Of a stretch of 64,000 nucleotides of DNA, positions 60,236-64,000 are shown piece after piece. The notes under the pieces were generated by a model, which made no database searches, was not told the DNA's origin, and saw nothing but the letters and a program-made list of their open reading frames with translations. The stretch's first letter is position 1, and each line of letters begins with the position of its first letter. Origin of the DNA: Methanothrix sp. (GTDB lineage: Archaea > Halobacteriota > Methanosarcinia > Methanotrichales > Methanotrichaceae); contig OY821645.1 of NCBI GenBank assembly GCA_963682135.1, forward strand, positions 1,344,001 through 1,408,000. Reading direction: 5' to 3'. A program made the position numbers and the translations under genes.

Positions 60236-61126
60236 CTACTCCAGCACGGCGCGCAGCGGGAACTGATGAGTGCCAAGCTTTCCTTCGTAGTTGGCGGCAC
60301 TGATCTTCAGGACGCCGGGCACACGACAGGCGGCATTGATTCCTGCCTTCATGGCTGCGGAAATAGCTTCCCTGCTCACGCCGTTTATTACTATCTCAAA
60401 GACGGCTGAGACATCTTCGGCCAGAGTGCAGACCCCGTCCTCACGCAGCGACGTGCAGAAGGCTGTGTTGGTGGAGGCTTTCAGGAATTTATATTTTGAG
60501 CCCACCTTTGAGCCGCTGGCCACGACGCCACCCGGGAAGGGAGTTATGGTACCATTGATTTTGCCAATGGCGTTTACTGCCGATTCGGCTGCCATCAAGC
60601 CTGCCGCCTGATTCTGGGCGAAGATGAGGAAATTGCCGCCGGCTATCCCATCGATGGCCCCAAAATTCTGCTCGACGATGAAGTCCCCGGACATGAGTGG
60701 GATCTTCCAAACGTTTCTCCCGCATACCTCGGCTTGCTTTTGGTAGCCGTCGCCAAAGAAGCTGAGCTTTTTGCCGGTATCAAATTGCTTTTCTGCATCC
60801 TGCATGCCGGAAAAAGCCGCCGCGGTGGGTGCCGTCAGAATGCACTGGCCAATGCGAAAGAGTAGCGAGTTTTCCAGGTTCTTGTAGCCCATATTGCAGA
60901 TAAGGATATTGACTCCCGGCCTTCCGTCCGGCGTCTCATCTCCCCCTACAATGCCTTCGATGCCTGCCTCTGCCGAGCATCCTATCACCGACGTGCCGAA
61001 TCCCGTGGCTTCACGCGCCGCCTCCAGAGCCCAGCGCTCCGTCACTGCTGTGACTACCACCCTTGCCATCTTTATGGGAAAGCCTTCGGCAAAGGTATCT
61101 TCGATCTGAACACCATTGATCTCCAT
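60236..61126 (-). CDS. ftr: Formylmethanofuran:tetrahydromethanopterin formyltransferase
   Basis: MEINGVQIEDTFAEGF, TGFGTSVIGC, ETPDGRPG, RIGQCILT, GIAGGN, SGSKVGS and NYEGKLG. Confidence 0.96.
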   Translation of the reverse strand: MEINGVQIEDTFAEGFPIKMARVVVTAVTERWALEAAREATGFGTSVIGCSAEAGIEGIVGGDETPDGRPGVNILICNMGYKNLENSLLFRIGQCILTAPTAAAFSGMQDAEKQFDTGKKLSFFGDGYQKQAEVCGRNVWKIPLMSGDFIVEQNFGAIDGIAGGNFLIFAQNQAAGLMAAESAVNAIGKINGTITPFPGGVVASGSKVGSKYKFLKASTNTAFCTSLREDGVCTLAEDVSAVFEIVINGVSREAISAAMKAGINAACRVPGVLKISAANYEGKLGTHQFPLRAVLE

Positions 61127-61154
61127 AACATCCCTCCTCATCTATGTTTCTTTT

Positions 61155-61778
61155 CTATCTCGGATTGAAGACAGCCAGATCAAATCCGCTGCCCGATCTA
61201 TCCGATTGTGCATACGCTGCAGCCGCACAGACCGGTCTCTCCAGAGGCAAATCAAACGCCACTCTGGCAATATCTCCGGCAGATTCTTCGGCCAGAGCTA
61301 CTACCTCAAAGTCGGTCTTCTCATAAGTCGCAACCAGAAAAGCCTGATCCGTCGTCAGATCAAACTGCTTAACCCGCAGCTCATCCTTCTTGGCTATGCC
61401 CAGCCAGCATCGATCTTTGCGCACCGCCCCAGCTATTCGCGGGGTATCAAGCTCATCCCTCTCATAGCCGTAAGCCGCCAAACTGAGGACGATGGCGTCC
61501 ATAGGCTGCTGACCATCCTGAATTCTCTCGAATATCATGTCGGTATGAGTGCCATTGCTAACAACCGCAAAGCCGTCGGCGACGCTGCCTGATGCCCGGA
61601 TGCAGTTGTAGGCGATGTAAGGATTTCGGGTCAGGTCAGCACTGTCCAGGGGCGAAACCATGATGCCCTGACCGCGCACCTCTGCCCTGCGATTGGGAAA
61701 AGAGCGGGAGGAGACTCTGTAGGCGACAAAGCTCCTTCCTCTGCTGCGGCCTACTAGAACAATTCGGCCTACATACAT
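61155..61778 (-). CDS. purO: Archaeal IMP cyclohydrolase
   Basis: MYVGR, YRVSSRSFPNR, NPYIAYNC, NGTHTD, YERDELDTPRIAG and ATYE. Confidence 0.94.
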   Translation of the reverse strand: MYVGRIVLVGRSRGRSFVAYRVSSRSFPNRRAEVRGQGIMVSPLDSADLTRNPYIAYNCIRASGSVADGFAVVSNGTHTDMIFERIQDGQQPMDAIVLSLAAYGYERDELDTPRIAGAVRKDRCWLGIAKKDELRVKQFDLTTDQAFLVATYEKTDFEVVALAEESAGDIARVAFDLPLERPVCAAAAYAQSDRSGSGFDLAVFNPR

Positions 61779-61780
61779 AT

Positions 61781-62656
61781 TCAGTCAACCAGCTTGTACT
61801 TGGCGATATTAGCATCCGCCAGTGCCTGAATCTGTCCCAGACTATCTGCACATTCTGCTTTCTTGAAGAGGTGCTTGTAGCGGCCCTGCAATTTGAGGTA
61901 CTCTGCTACCGGCTTGGGCCGGCGCACCTTTTTGACGCCCGTCAGCTCTCCTTTTTCGTATTCCGTGAGCGGCCACAGGCCACTTTCCACAGCCAGGCGC
62001 GCGAGCTGTATCATGGTGCCTGCCTCAAAGGTCCAGCCGGTGATGCAGGGCGCATTGACCTGGATATAGGACGGCCCGTTCACCTGCAGAGCCTTCTTGA
62101 CCTTTCGTCTCAGGTCCACAGGATAGGCGACCGATGCGGTAGCTACGTAGGGAACCTTGTGGGCCAGAGCGATGGCCGGCATATCCTTCTTAGGACGCGC
62201 ATTTCCCTGGCTCTGGCTGCCGGAAGGCGTGGTGGTGGTATGTGCACAAAACGGCGTAGATCCGCTTCTCTGCACTCCCGTGTTCATGTAGGCCTCATTG
62301 TCATAACAGACATAGAGGATCTTATGGCCGCGCTCGAACATGCCGGAATTAGAGCCCATACCGATATCAAAAGTGCTCCCATCTCCACCGATGACGATCA
62401 GATTGGTGTCCTTACCACGTCGCTTCAGCATAACCTCCACACCGGAGGCCACTGCGGAAGCATTCTCGAACAGGGAGTGAAGCCAGGGAACACACCAGGC
62501 GCTCTCCGGGAAAGGAGTGGTTGTAACCTCCAGGCAGCCCGTGGGCGAGACCACGATGGTATTGGGTCCCGCGGCATCTAATACCAGCCTGATGGTGGTA
62601 GGCATGGCGCATCCTGCACAGGCCCTATGCCCTGGTGCCAGCAAAGATTTTTCCAT
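61781..62656 (-). CDS. porB: Pyruvate:ferredoxin oxidoreductase subunit beta
   Basis: GHRACAGC, TGCLEV, the TPP motif GGDGSTFDIG and DNEAYMNTGVQRS. Confidence 0.94.
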   Translation of the reverse strand: MEKSLLAPGHRACAGCAMPTTIRLVLDAAGPNTIVVSPTGCLEVTTTPFPESAWCVPWLHSLFENASAVASGVEVMLKRRGKDTNLIVIGGDGSTFDIGMGSNSGMFERGHKILYVCYDNEAYMNTGVQRSGSTPFCAHTTTTPSGSQSQGNARPKKDMPAIALAHKVPYVATASVAYPVDLRRKVKKALQVNGPSYIQVNAPCITGWTFEAGTMIQLARLAVESGLWPLTEYEKGELTGVKKVRRPKPVAEYLKLQGRYKHLFKKAECADSLGQIQALADANIAKYKLVD

Positions 62657-62669
62657 TTTTTCTCAGCTC

Positions 62670-63863
62670 CTAAAGGATCTCCGTCCTCAGATTCAGGAAT
62701 TCAAACTCGGACTGAATTCCCTTGCGGGCAACTTCTGCCTTGGCTACAATATTTCTGATGTCCTTGATGGTAATATCGCGACCACCTAAACCAGCCGTAA
62801 AGCCGATGATGGGCGTTCTAATACTGCTATTGTAGAATGCTGCCTTCAAGTCAGTCACCAGGCCCGCTTCGCCCCCGATGGCGACGTCTTTCTCAATAAC
62901 GGCAATTACGCCTGCATCTTTCAGGGCCTTTCGCAAAGCTTGCACTGGGAAGGGCCGGTAGCTTCGCACTTTAAGCAATCCGACCTTCTTTCCTTCCGAG
63001 CGCATGGCGTCTATGGCATCCTTGATGGTGCCGATGACCGAGCCCAATGTGACTATTACGATCTCCGCGTCATCCAGGAAGTAGCCGTCCAGAAGCCCGC
63101 CGTAGTACCTTCCAAAGGTCTCCTCAAACTCACGAGCAACCTTTTCAATCTTGATAAGCGCCTTTTGCTGGGCATCAAACTGCTGGTAGCGAAACTCTGT
63201 GAAGGCGGAGGGATCTGCGAAGGCTCCGAAGGTCTTGGGATGGGCCGGGTCCAGGACATCAGCCGGCTGGTAGTCAGGCAGAAACTCCCTGGCCTTTTCC
63301 TTGTCCAAAAGCTCTACCGGCTCGTAGACATGGGTCAAAACGAATCCATCCATGCAGACCATGATGGGAGTTCTGATCTGTGCATCCTCAGCGATCTTGT
63401 AGGCCTGCAGCGTGGCATCCACTGCTTCCTGCACATCCTCCACATAGATTTGCAGCCATCCGACATCGCGAGCGCCAATGGAATCCTGTTGATCGTTCCA
63501 GATATTGAGAGGCGCGCCAATAGCCCGGTTGGCCACGTTCATAACAACAGGTAGCCTCATGCCGGAGACGTTGTATAAAACCTCATACATCAGGGCCAGG
63601 CCTTGGCTTGTGGTTGAGGAATAGCATCTAGCACCGCACGCACTGGAACCGACTAAAACGGACAGGGCTGAGAACTCAGAATCCACGGTCAAGAATTCGC
63701 TGTCAAGCTCGCCATCCGCCACCATCTGAGAGAGGTTCTCCACAATGTGAGTCTGAGGTGTAATCGGATAGGCCGAAATCACATCCGGTCGGCAGCACAT
63801 GACGGCGTGGGCCACCGCATATGAGCCCTCTACCACTTTCATATTAGCAGTCTTCTCGCTCAT
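62670..63863 (-). CDS. porA: Pyruvate:ferredoxin oxidoreductase subunit alpha
   Basis: AYPITPQTHIVE, TTSQGLALM, NRAIGAPLNIWNDQQD and RPFP. Confidence 0.94.
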   Translation of the reverse strand: MSEKTANMKVVEGSYAVAHAVMCCRPDVISAYPITPQTHIVENLSQMVADGELDSEFLTVDSEFSALSVLVGSSACGARCYSSTTSQGLALMYEVLYNVSGMRLPVVMNVANRAIGAPLNIWNDQQDSIGARDVGWLQIYVEDVQEAVDATLQAYKIAEDAQIRTPIMVCMDGFVLTHVYEPVELLDKEKAREFLPDYQPADVLDPAHPKTFGAFADPSAFTEFRYQQFDAQQKALIKIEKVAREFEETFGRYYGGLLDGYFLDDAEIVIVTLGSVIGTIKDAIDAMRSEGKKVGLLKVRSYRPFPVQALRKALKDAGVIAVIEKDVAIGGEAGLVTDLKAAFYNSSIRTPIIGFTAGLGGRDITIKDIRNIVAKAEVARKGIQSEFEFLNLRTEIL

Positions 63864-64000
63864 CACTTCTCCTCCAAGACCATTTGTACCGCCATGCGCG
63901 GGCACTCATTAGCGCAAACGCTGCAACCTTTGCAGTAGTCCAGGTCGGGGATAAATAGTCCTTCTTCCTGGTGGATGCAGCCCTCGGGGCAGTAAATCTC
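63863..64000 (-). CDS. porD: Pyruvate:ferredoxin oxidoreductase subunit delta (ferredoxin-like), 3' end only
   Basis: Manual translation EIYCPEGCI...DLDYCKGCSVCANECP...EEK*. The stop overlaps the porA ATG. Confidence 0.9.
   Translation of the reverse strand, partial: EIYCPEGCIHQEEGLFIPDLDYCKGCSVCANECPRMAVQMVLEEK

Overview
Archaeal chromosomal segment from a methanogen, most consistent with Methanothrix (Methanosaeta) or a close Methanosarcinales relative. That assignment is an inference from archaeal EF-2/EF-1a/S10, family-B DNA polymerase, Ftr, PurO, archaeal riboflavin synthase, CooC and the style of the many secreted proteins. Housekeeping genes: polB (5' part), iorAB-paaK, class II RNR, purM, aspartokinase, fusA-tuf-rps10-tRNA-Arg(CCG), ADH synthase and porDAB-purO-ftr. 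They alternate with accessory cell-surface and sensing genes. No CRISPR array, rRNA or intact mobile element was seen. The most unusual items are: (1) a locus of four secreted proteins, in which an orphan kinase-type extracellular sensor domain is fused without a TM helix to about 600 aa of pentapeptide repeats, next to an orphan BMP binding protein and a paralogous secreted pentapeptide rod; (2) an M6 metalloprotease with no signal peptide, preceded by a separately encoded copy of its own N-terminal domain (40/80 identical by manual alignment); (3) a roughly 2,500-aa surface protein whose 7 LVIVD blades vary mainly in two loops, and whose C-terminal beta-rich domain also occurs as a standalone gene 10 kb away; (4) a class II RNR with only a vestigial ATP cone; (5) a 52-aa ORF below the ORF-track threshold next to a decayed DUF4276 gene. 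All family calls are by eye from motifs; no searches were run.
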